Below are positions 53,282 to 64,000 of a DNA stretch of 64,000 nt, piece after piece. The stretch covers positions 77,026,145 to 77,090,144 of the forward strand of contig NC_068991.1 in the NCBI RefSeq assembly GCF_001194135.2, in the 5' to 3' direction. This DNA is from Octopus bimaculoides. Lineage: Eukaryota. The stretch's first letter is position 1, and each line of letters opens with the position of its first letter. Under the pieces are notes generated by a model that was given only the letters and a program-made list of their open reading frames with translations, did no database searches and was not told the DNA's origin. A program made the translations under genes and the position numbers.

Positions 53282-54189
53282 CTGAAACCTTGAAAAATTT
53301 GAACAAAAACTAGGTTTTGTAGCCTCCGATGATCTCTTATAACAAACTTATAACACTACCCAAATCTGCATTTTTGCAGGATGAGGAAATGCCTTAGATC
53401 TGGTGAGTTGCCAATTTTCTAACAAAGTTCAAATATGACCCACTTTGGAATAAGGGAGTGCTACATACACAAGCAACCTAGGCTGCATTAAATAAAAGTA
53501 TATTTAGCAGATTGGGAGCATGTTACAACTGGCTGACAGATGCACTGTTTCTTTTCTCTGTCTGTTATTTTCCAATTACAATGGGTTCTCTTCATTTCAA
53601 CTAAAAGCTACATAACTCTCCTCTCTATGTTCATTCGCACAAATCTCTCCTCTTTTCATGATTACTGTGTCTTTATTAAAGACACAGTATTATTATTACA
53701 AAATCTTTTCAATCATTTTTCACCTGATTATTTCTCTTTAAATTTCCATTGCCATTCATCTTTTACCTAAAAAACATCAAACTACAGGAGTTCAGGCTTG
53801 ATACTGCCATAGGTTAATGATAAAATTTTTGCTTTTATTTTTACTTTTGATACTTTACTAAACTTGTTATCTAGTGATTTGCAAAATCTTTAATTTTGAT
53901 GTTAGCTTACATTTGTATTGATAACTTAGCTTTAGATTTTAAATAATCTCTCTCTATCTCTACACACATATTGGTGTGGGCATAACTGTGTGGTTAAGAA
54001 ATTTGCTTTGCAACCACCTTGGTCAAGTGTCCTCTCTTGCCTCCTCAGGTTGGTCAATGTCTTATGAGTAACATTTGACAGATAGAAATTATACAAAAAT
54101 CCATTGTGAATGGAGAAAACAATAATAAAGCAGGTGATAATGAAGTGATGACATGCATGTTTGAAACTGAGCAGCAATGAATAAATATA

Positions 54190-54640
54190 TAACCTTGATA
54201 TGTGATATCTCCAGTATCCAAAGCATGCTGCTGAGAATTCAGTGCAGATGGGTAGGACATGTTGTTTGAATGAAAACTGACTGCATTCCAAAAATGCTTT
54301 AATATGGCCAAAAAGCAGAGGGACGTCATGGCAAGGGAAGACCTGTCCTTAGATCCAAAGCCAAGTTGAAGCAATCGCTAAAGTCTCCACAGCTTAATGT
54401 GACATTTTGGGGAAGTCATTGCCTTGATTGATCTGCATGGTGTAGAATGTGTGATGATGCATCGAAACAATTGGAGTTCAAAAAGACAGAACAACAAAAG
54501 AGTTATATCCTGCCATCAACAAACACATTTGTCCAATCCCAGCCAAAATCACAATCATCAGTGTTTCCATTGTGACTTCACAGCAAAATCCATCCCTGGA
54601 CTCCAATTACATTTACGCATCCATTGCAAATAGATGCAGT
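54190..54640 (+). mobile_element. RTE (BovB-like) ORF2 3' end with a C2H2 finger
   Basis: RWVGHV..IPK..YG....GR..KGRP..R.K..LK..LK, then CFHCDFTAKSIPGLQLHLRIH. Confidence 0.85.
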
Positions 54641-54997
54641 TTCTTTTATTCTTTTTTTTATTTTAAGGTGTTTTTTTTCTTTGTTTCACTTTTTTTTTAA
54701 CCTTTTCCTTCAAACACTCATGCATTGAAATCACTGGGATGGCCATCATATGGATTTTTTCTATCTTGTTTCTAAATAAAAAGCATATCTGATAAATTTG
54801 AATATTAATATTTTTTTTCCCACATGTATCAATGATATATGTATATATATGTACATATATGTATACATGTGTGCACACACACACATACATATGTGCACAC
54901 ACACACATACATATGTGCACACATGCACACGTTTTTATGTGTATATCAGATTATGTTGTAATAAATTCTAAGAAGTGTTTATCATTTTATATTTCTT

Positions 54998-55053
<56 letters not shown>

Positions 55054-55576
55054 AAGAATGTGAAGTGATATTGATGGGTGATTCAATCCACTTGTATTGC
55101 TTGTATTTATTTGATGGTGTTTTTGATTTAAAATACTTAAGTGGTTCAAGAGTAATTTGAACTCAGATTTCAGAAACTCAAAATAAAATATTGTAAAACA
55201 TCTGCCACAAAACTCCATATTGCATACTTTTTTTTCCACTGGAATATGCATGAGTTTATGTAATCAAAGAATATTTTATGTGTATATGTGTGTAATATGT
55301 GTGTTCACATGTGCATGCTCTCACACACATATGCACACATGTATATATATATATATATATACTTTAAGTATATAATTCTCTTGGTAGTATTGAGAGCTTG
55401 AGAAATATTCATTCATTTTGTTTCTTTTATTCTTTACAGCATTTGTCCATTTTTATCTTCTATAAAAGGAGAAATACTTTATTAATTTTTTTTTTTTATC
55501 TTTCTATTTTAGTTATGTTTTTACATCCTGTGCTGGATAAAAGTCACCCATGTTCCTGGTGTATACAATGACTTAC

Positions 55577-55729
55577 AAACAGGTATGTATGCATAGCATT
55601 CTCAGAACTGTGCTTCAATTTTTGTTTCAGATTTCTTCAAGTCCCTGTGCAGCATATTTGTCTCTTTGTTTCTTATATAGTTGGTGAGACAATTTCCAAA
55701 GAAACTTTTCAATAATTTCTATGTACAGC
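55577..55729 (-). pseudogene. Candidate exon with two in-frame TGA stops (153 nt, phase 2-2)
   Basis: LYIEIIEKFLWKLSHQLYKKQRDKYAAQGLEEI*NKN*STVLRMLCIHTC|gtaagt. All three frames are closed. Confidence 0.5.
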
Positions 55730-55835
55730 CTAGTTCTCAAGAAACATATATAATGGAGTATTGAAACCATACAACCCACTAATCCAAAACATGTTTCTTA
55801 TATATAAAACATAGTTTGTTGTTGTTGTTACTTAC

Positions 55836-55863
55836 AGAAACCCCACCCTCCTGGCACAGCTGT
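55836..55863 (-). CDS. Candidate short exon (possibly extends to about 55945)
   Basis: atgcttttcag|ACAGCT..TTCT|gtaagt. The longer frame reads ECWGSQCIALLVGDINAFQTAVPGGWGF. Confidence 0.5.
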
Positions 55864-55994
55864 CTGAAAAGCATTAATGTCACCCACAAGTAAAGCAATG
55901 CACTGGGACCCCCAACATTCATTTATTGACGGCATGTCACAGCATATATAGATTTAGCACTGGGTCCCTTGATCTCTGTCCCTACTTCCTAGAT

Positions 55995-56475
55995 CAGGGG
56001 GTCACCAAAGGGGGTCTGATGAAACCCCTAGGGCTCAGTGAGGAATTACAGGGAGTTGATGATAGCCAAGGAGTTGAATGGGGATCGGTGTGCAAAAGAC
56101 CAGCTCACCCAGATGAACGTTTTGAAATTGTTTAGTCGGTGCTATGCTCATCCCTCATATTGATGTTGTCAATTTCAATAAAAGATATTCCAGCAATATA
56201 ATGCATTTTTCACATTTTCTAACCGTGAAAACAATTTCATAAAAATTGAAAATTTAATAATGTATATTCGTAAACGTAGTTTTAAATGTAAAAAGTGTGT
56301 CATCGTCGATAGAATTTCTTAATTTGTCATACATGTATTTTTTAGCTAACATTGTAATTGCCAGCATCAGTACCCGGTACACATTTAAGATATGGTAAGG
56401 TAGGGTAGGATATTAAGATGTGGAAGGAGAAGTGGCTAAAGGGGGTCGATGGTTGAAAAAGTTTGGCAGCCCCTG
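55995..56475. mobile_element. Non-autonomous hAT element (MITE)
   Basis: TIRs CAGGGGGTCACCAAA / TTTGGCAGCCCCTG. The 8-bp flanks TCCTAGAT / CCGTAGAT are TSD-like and fit the hAT nnnTAGAn preference. Confidence 0.75.
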
Positions 56476-57388
56476 CCGTAGATAAATGGTCTGTGTGCCT
56501 ATATCTTAAGAGGGCACTTCCTCCTGGTGACTTTTGGTTTACTGCTAGGTAGTGTAATGTATATATATGTATTATATATATTGTATATTTAATAAGAGTT
56601 TGACTCATATCCACATGACTTAAAGGTTCATAAGTATGTAGGGCAAATTCATCTCATCGGATAGACATTCAGAGGCAGAGTGGAAGGTTTGAGAGAAATT
56701 CAAGATGGACTCTTGGTGTTTAGGCCTAAACGCAAAACCACATTGAACTGCAGACATGTCATTTGTACAACAATTTGTTTGAAATACACCAACACGTTAA
56801 ATATGTGTGTGTGTGTGTGTGTGCACATGTATGCAGCAGTTAAGAAGTTCACTTTGCAGTCACATGGATTTGAGTTCAGTCCCACTATACAACACATTAG
56901 ATAAGTGTCTGCTATTGCCCTGGGCTGACCAATGTCATATGAAGGAATTTGGGAGACAGAATCTATTTATATTTATACATGTTTGCGTGTGCATTTACAT
57001 ATACCATGCTTTTCATTGCTAGAATGAAGCGGTACTGATGTTGACATTCTGATGTCAAGACCAGTCACAAGACATTCTGATGTCAAGACCAGTGGTTTTG
57101 AAGACCTGTGGAATAATGTTATCTCTTATATCGAAAACAAGAAAAGTATCTGTAGTTAAAATTCTGACTCAGATAAATTTCTATCCAAACCCATGACAGC
57201 ATGGAAAAATGGATGTTAATCAATTGAAAAATGAATGTGTGCATGTATACTAAGTACCTCATATGCTAGGCAAAATTTGAAAATATAATGTTAGACGACT
57301 CATAATGCAGTTTCTTAATAATAAAGTTAAAGGGTCACATTTACTTTTCATTACGCTGTTTGTATTGTGTATGTGTATGCATATCTAT

Positions 57389-57389
<1 letters not shown>

Positions 57390-57436
<47 letters not shown>

Positions 57437-57521
57437 GTCATTTAACGTCTGCTTTCCATGTTGGCATGGGTTGGATGGTTTGACTGAGGACTGGCGAGCC
57501 AGAATGCTGCACCAGGCTCCA

Positions 57522-57522
<1 letters not shown>
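57390..57522 (-). mobile_element. RTE-type SINE tail
   Basis: (CAT)n plus TTTAACGTCTGCTTTCCATG..GACTGAGGACTGG. Confidence 0.8.
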
Positions 57523-57608
<86 letters not shown>

Positions 57609-58035
57609 TATATGTATGCATGTATATTAGTATATGTGTATGTATGTGTATTCATACATATACATACACAAATACACATATAAATGTGTGAGTATGTTTA
57701 TATGTATGAATATAGATGTATGCATATTTAGATGTGTGTGTGTGTATACATATGTATATATATATATACACATACATTTATGTGTGCCCGTGTGTGTTAT
57801 GTGTGCGTGTGCATGTGTGCATGCATGTGTATGTGTGTAAAATTCTTAATGATAATTAGAAATTACTTTTCACATAGCTGTAAATATTACATGATACTGA
57901 AGAAAACCAATATGAAAATTATCCAATTGACATGTATAAAATATATCACTAATGGAAAAAAATCATCAAAATATAACTTTAAAATAAATGAATCTGATAA
58001 CAAATGCAATTGCACCCTTTCAAACATATGCTCAC

Positions 58036-58136
58036 TAAGCTCAATAACTGCAAATGTAAGAAAATCCCTGTTATTGGATTGATAGAAAACTCCTTCAAAA
58101 GTTTCTACATCAATCATACTTATAGCTTCCTCTGTT
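58036..58136 (-). CDS. Candidate exon (phase 2 start); donor uncertain
   Basis: aattgttcag|A ACA..: TEEAISMIDVETFEGVFYQSNNRDFLTFAVIEL|gtgagc. Phase matches the 59694 donor, and the frame stays open to 57887. Confidence 0.5.
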
Positions 58137-59299
58137 CTGAACAATTATGTTATATCTAACATTAAAAGAGAACAAACAATGAAGTTGGCAAATCCTATGT
58201 GAATATAATAATATTCACATACAATTTACTAACTCCACTGTTAAAGGAAAGAGAGTATGCAGTCTATAACAAGCAAGAAAATATCATATCTTAACTCAGC
58301 TTGGTGAGGCCTTTACTACAAACGTGTTGACTTTCGTATGCAAGTACAGAAAATAGTATCATTTAAATGGTTATACTTTGCAATGAGAATAGCCAAAATG
58401 CAGCATTGCTCTGCATGTCAGATGGTAACAAGGCATCTTATATCCCATCTAATGGCAGCAATAGACTTCATTTCCAAGACTACAAAAAAAAAAAAAATGC
58501 CATCATTGATGATTACAGCAAGATCACATGACTTGAAAAAGACTAATAAGGATGTGCTAAGAATCAAACACTTTATTGTGTCATTACTTTTAGTTCGCTA
58601 AAACATGAGCAACAGAGCTGTGAAATTTTAAATCCTTACATATTTTTTATGTACATACAATATGTAATATTTATAGGCGAGTGGGATAACATTCCCATGG
58701 TGTAATATTCATGACTTTCAAAGACATTAGTGGCAACGGATAGGCAAAACAGTGAAATCTACAACTGAAATCCTTTCCAGGCTGCAGACACAGATCATTG
58801 AGAAATAGCTGCTAATCTATCACATTCCTAAAGGCTTATAGCTAGTGTCCAGAGTGTTAAAGCTCGATTTATGTAATGAAGATTTGTGAATCGATTTCAG
58901 CTGTATAATTTGTATGTATGTGAATTTTATTACCTGAGCATCACTGGAAATTAATCCAGTTCAAACATTTAATAAGTGAAATAATTTTTTCTAGCTTTTT
59001 ATTTGGTGGTTGCAGAAAATAGATAGCTGGTTTAACACTTCACGGTATTTGTTCAGGACTCAAGATTAGAAATGCAAATTTTGCTATGGTTGACAGAGGT
59101 GTCAGTAATACATTATTAAAATCTGTTGCACCTCTTCCTAATTACAAAAAGAAACAAATAGTTAAGCAATTGAAAATCACAAAATAACTAAAGCCTCATA
59201 AATAAATTATTCATATCAGAAATCACTCCAAGAATGTCATTGAAAGCAAATGAACAGTAATGGCCTTAAAGAGTAGAAAAAGCACATTTTGTTTGTGTA

Positions 59300-59399
<100 letters not shown>

Positions 59400-59693
59400 T
59401 GAGAGAAAGAGAGACTTGTAGGGAAGAATGCTCTACATATGTTCAGAGGATATGTGATATTAATTTATGAGAAAAGCTGATTGTGTATAAACTGAGAAAC
59501 AAATGATTGGCTCTGGTGTGCAGTAGAGCTACATGAAGATTGATACAACAATGTGAATTAATGGTAGAATGTATCCATGGGAGAAGTAGTTCAAGCAGAA
59601 TGAGACAAGTTCAAATCCAAGAATGTCCGTATGGATTATAGTAATAATTAACATGAGGAAATCTTACAATTTGAGAAGAAATCAGTACCTCAC

Positions 59694-59753
59694 CTTCCAA
59701 GAATATATATCAGATTCAAGATGTACAAATTATGACCATAATATATTTCAAAC
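59694..59753 (-). CDS. Candidate exon (60 nt, phase 2-2)
   Basis: ctaaatttccag|T TTT..GGA AG|gtgagg. One open frame: FEIYYGHNLYILNLIYILG. Confidence 0.7.
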
Positions 59754-59779
59754 TGGAAATTTAGTCTGATGCTGGAAGG

Positions 59780-60286
59780 AACATTAGTGGGGTGCAAATA
59801 TACGAAGCCCAGTATACCCATCACGACTACCCGTCTGATAAGGGTATGCTAGGCACATGCATCACGACCATATGTGCGCGACATGGTGATCTCATATCAA
59901 AATTAACAATGCATGACCTCGCAGGTGGGGCCCAGTTAGAATTTTCTTCAGGTCGAGTAGCCCATCCTGCTCAAAAGGTCCCTGAATAAGGGTTAAGGAT
60001 GTTGAACAAAATGCCCATGTTTCAAAAGGTGAATTATTCAAGCCCCAAAGAATTCCTTTCAACACATGATTATGATGCTCCCCCACTACTCCTGCTCATG
60101 ATCAGAGATGCACATATCGGCAGCCACTAAAGGACATGCCCGACTTGTTAAGCAAATCTGTGGCATTGAGCAGAATATTTGCTGCAGTCCATCTTTTATG
60201 CCGAGACAAAGCAATGTACACGATAACACTTCCAGTCAGTTAAGATCAGAAGCCATGACAGCCACAGCTTGGTACTGCATCCGGGC

Positions 60287-60290
<4 letters not shown>
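59780..60290. mobile_element. GC-richer interspersed repeat abutting an (ATT)n tract, class unresolved
   Basis: Abrupt rise in GC/CpG relative to the flanks, a non-coding appearance and a boundary at the microsatellite. Confidence 0.45.
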
Positions 60291-60333
<43 letters not shown>

Positions 60334-60975
60334 GATTCAGTCATATCTTCAGTAAACTTCTATCTAAAATCTATTCTAAACTGAAATACAATGTATGCAA
60401 TTAAGTCTTGACTTCTTCTGTTTTGATGAGTGAAAACTGATGTGTTTGTGAAAAGAGACGGAATCTTAAGATTGAATTCTTTTATTGAAGCTGTCATAAC
60501 ATCAGTTCTGATAAAATAGGTTCCTCAAACACAATGTTATTAGCAGTGATATGATTAGTGACACCTTAATATAGCCAGAGGTGTCATTGATAGGTAGTAA
60601 CAAGACAAATTATGAGAAAATAAAGAGAAGTGTATTGATTTGTACAGCTGCACATATCAAAATTATAAAAATAGAAATAGATCATTAAGCTATTTAGTCT
60701 TGGAATTTAAAATACGCAGTTCATTCTAAGATTGAGTCGCATCTCTGACCTAGATTTGATTCCCAGTTGAAGCCATTTCACTTCATTTATTTTACAATGC
60801 CCCTAAAAAAAATAAAAGATATGAATATTGATTTTGTATAAGAAATATTATATGTTTGTCAATAATAGTTTTAAGCAGTAAAGAAAAGTCTTTGAATCTT
60901 TGATTGACAAAAGGCTTGTAACATTGATGATTAAAAAAAATTAAACCTTCTGAAGAATTTTATGTAACTGTGCTC

Positions 60976-61143
60976 ATAGGCACAGGAGTGGCTGTGTGGT
61001 AAGTAGCTTGCTTATCAACCACATGGTTCTGGGTTCAGTCCCACTGTGTGGCACCTTGGGCAAGTGCCTTCTACTATAGCCTCGGGCCGACCAAAGCCTT
61101 GTGAGTGGATTTGGTAGACAGAAACTGAAAGAAGCCCGTCGTA

Positions 61144-61202
<59 letters not shown>

Positions 61203-61430
61203 GTGTGTATATGTTTATGTGTCTGTGTTTGTCCCCCCAACATCGCTTGACAACCGATGCTGGTGTGTTTACGTCCCTGTAACTTAGCGGTTCGGCAAAA
61301 GAGACCGATAGAATAAGTACTAGGCTTCCAAAGAATAAGTCCTGGGGTCGATTTGCTCGACTAAAGGCAGTGCTCCAGCATGGTCGCAGTCAAATGACTG
61401 AAACAAGTAAAAGAGCAAAAGAGTAAAGAG
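60976..61430 (+). mobile_element. Full-length young SINE family A
   Basis: Nearly identical to 26289-26695. Confidence 0.9.
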
Positions 61431-61652
61431 AATGGTTGTTGAGTTGTTTTGAAAGAAAAAAATGTAATAAAAACTAAAGACTAAGAAACATTGTTAAAAA
61501 GTTATCAGGATTCCAAGAATTCTTGAATGTTCAAATAACTGAAATGTATTGTTGTTAATAAGATTATAATTTTTGAAAAGTAGTCTCATCTTTAACAATG
61601 ACAATATTTACTACATTATGTTTGATTACTGGTTGTAAAAAAGGTATCTTAC

Positions 61653-61757
61653 TCTCAAGTATTCACATAATACCAAGTTGGGTTTGAAGTAGGATCCTCT
61701 ATTTCAAAATTAAGGGCAATGAATAGCCTGGTGTTGTACACAGTCAGGGATAAACAC
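61653..61757 (-). CDS. Candidate exon (phase 2-2) with a TGA just before the strong donor
   Basis: tcaatgtcatcag|G TGT..: CLSLTVYNTRLFIALNFEIEDPTSNPTWYYVNT*|gtaaga. A weaker in-phase donor at 61673 (gtatta) would avoid the stop. Confidence 0.6.
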
Positions 61758-62216
61758 CTGATGACATTGAAAGTTTAAGCCAGTCAAAAACTAATAATGT
61801 AGATTTAAATATTGAACATTTTAAAAATTTCTTAGGATGAGATCAGTTGTTTGAAAAATTACAATCTTATTCCAATGATGCTACTGTCTAGAGTGAGGCA
61901 GGGAGCTTCTGAATAAAATAAGAATTCTTCTTCAAATGAAATAAATGAGTGTGGATCTGAAAATTCTAGAGTGAGGCAGGGAACTCAAAAATAAATGCAA
62001 GATTTTTGAAGTGTGGAAGAAGTGAAGTGCTGTGAAATGAATGAGTTTGTTCCAGAATGAAAGTAACCGTTCTGAAGTGGAGTGAAGTTGAACAATTCTA
62101 GAGTGAGGCAGGAAAAATTAGAATGGTGTACACTGTTTCAAAGTAAAACTAAATGTTATAGAATAATGTGGAACAAAGCTCTGGATCTGATGTAACTGGA
62201 ACAAGATATGCCCTTT

Positions 62217-62219
<3 letters not shown>

Positions 62220-62260
<41 letters not shown>

Positions 62261-62662
62261 GTCCATTTTTCCATGCTTGCAAGGGTAAGATGGAATTTGT
62301 TGAGGCGGATTTTCTTGTTGCCAATCCTCATGTATTTCCAAGTAAGGTAATATTTCCCTGTTACTCGGTATGTCTTGGAAAACTGGAAATGAAGGACACT
62401 GCTTGCATGATGGTGATGCTTACGTACATCTATCATGCAATGCCAAGGCAATAAGGTAGAAACACACACATACACATGCATGCACGTGCACACACAAAAT
62501 AGGCGTTTTTCAGTTTCTTTCAATCAAATCCACTCACAAGGCTTTGGTCAGGTGAAGGCTATTATAGAAGACCCTTACTCAAGGTGTCACATAGTGTGGG
62601 ACTGAACCCCAAACAATGGAATTGGAAAGCAAACCGCTTACCACACAACCATTCTTGCACCT
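62220..62662 (-). mobile_element. RTE-tailed SINE (62220-62440) plus family A head (62500-62662)
   Basis: (CAT)n tail with CCATTTTTCCATGCTTGCA, and the family A block CAAATCCACTCACAAGGCTTTGG. Confidence 0.7.
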
Positions 62663-63007
62663 ACTTTATCAATGATAAAGAAAAAAAAGAAAAGATCTAA
62701 TGTTTCACACTGAAGTTGTCTTCTGTCATTATGACATGAAGATAATTGAGGGAGGAATAAAAAAGTTTTATGTTTAGAGTTGCGAGTTTCAAAAATCAAA
62801 TTAACAGTTTTGAATTGGGATGTTTTGGTCCTAGATTGATATTGCAGGCTTCAGAATTGTTGACTTCTGATTAAAAGGTTGATGAAGCAAATTAATTAAA
62901 CAAAACTGAAACAATACACAAAATCTGCCACAGCAATTACTACTTTTGCTATTTTGAATATCGCTAATTTTATCATTACCATGGAAACTTCTACGAGTAA
63001 ATTGAGC

Positions 63008-63400
63008 AGGCATGGCTGTGTTGTAAGAAGCTTTCTTCTCAACCACATGGTTCTGGGTTCAGTCCCACTGTATGGCACCTTGGGCAAGCGTCTTCTACTA
63101 AAGCCTTGGGCCAACCAAAGCTTTGTGAGTGAATTTGGTTGATGGAAACTATAAGAAGCCTGTCATATATATATAAATATATATATATAAGCATGTGTCT
63201 TTGTGTCTGTGTGTGTGTTTGTCCCCCACCATGGCTTGACAACCAGTGTTGGTGTGCTTATGTCACTGTAACTTAGCAGTTCAGCAAAAAACAACAAAGT
63301 TTGATAAAATAAGTACTGGGGTCAATTCATTTGACCAAAAGTTCTTCAAGGTGTTGCCCCAGCATGACCACAGTCTAATGAATGAAAGAAATATAAGACA
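63008..63400 (+). mobile_element. SINE family A, diverged
   Basis: Both halves are recognisable. Confidence 0.8.
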
Positions 63401-63793
63401 AGCCACGGCAGCCTCTGAACACTCACTCCAGCCTTCTTGAAATAGCAGCCAAACCTTTTTCAAAGCACAACATATAACCTTAAAAAGTAGGAGAAACATT
63501 TGATAATGTAGTCCTAGATAACCCTAGATAAAAAACAAATGGTATGATCTGAGCTGGAATGTAATTGATTGCAAGTCTCCTCATTCAGAGGGGACCTGAG
63601 CCAGATCACAACAACATGTCCAGTTTCTCATTAAAAAGGTGAAAACATGTCTTTTCTGGTTGTTATGACAGTCGAATTCATTGTTGTTCAAATATTCTTA
63701 ATTAGTGAAGAGATGAAAAGACCAAAAGACTGCCAGCTCATATGACACACATGTCTATTTTGGTCTGGGTTGAAAATGAAACAGTTTTACATC

Positions 63794-63841
<48 letters not shown>

Positions 63842-63843
<2 letters not shown>

Positions 63844-64000
63844 AGGCGCAATGGCCGAGTGTTTAGGGCAGTGGACTCGCAGTCATAGGATCATGGTTTC
63901 GATTCCCAGACTAGGTGTTGTGAGTGTTTATTGAGTGAAAACACCTAAAGCTCTACGAGGCTCCAGCAGGGGGTGGTGGCGAACCCTGCTGTATTCTTTC
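63842..64000 (+). mobile_element. tRNA-derived SINE, family C (runs off the window)
   Basis: GGAGGCGCAATGGCCGAGTG (A box) and GTTTCGATTCCC (B box), followed by a non-tRNA body. Confidence 0.75.

Noticed and set aside
59540-59760. Plus-strand LINE-like reading
   Set aside because: Better explained by the minus-strand exon 59694-59753, which has strong splice sites.
61887-62112. CRISPR-like repeat-spacer appearance
   Set aside because: Only three 16-bp units, very unequal spacers, eukaryotic context and no cas genes.

Overview
AT-rich, microsatellite- and SINE-dense animal genomic DNA from a draft assembly with N gaps. Repeat families and composition suggest a cephalopod (octopus-like) genome; this is inferred, not proven. 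Most long ORFs in the track are microsatellite or gap artefacts. Three layers stand out. (1) A large minus-strand multi-exon gene spans at least 8,509-61,757. Its candidate exons resemble, in collinear order, the CatSper beta auxiliary subunit (CATSPERB, compared from memory), but several carry in-frame stops or a frameshift, so it may be a decaying pseudogene. (2) Transposon debris fills the introns: a complete internally deleted FLYWCH-MULE with TIRs and a 9-bp TSD, a hAT transposase remnant and hAT MITE, three Penelope-like remnants, RTE and R4/Dong-type LINE fragments, and many tRNA-derived SINEs. (3) There are four type I hammerhead ribozyme motifs from three sequence families. One lies in a tRNA-headed SINE-like unit that also has an inverted terminal duplication. 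No rRNA, intact tRNA or CRISPR array was found.
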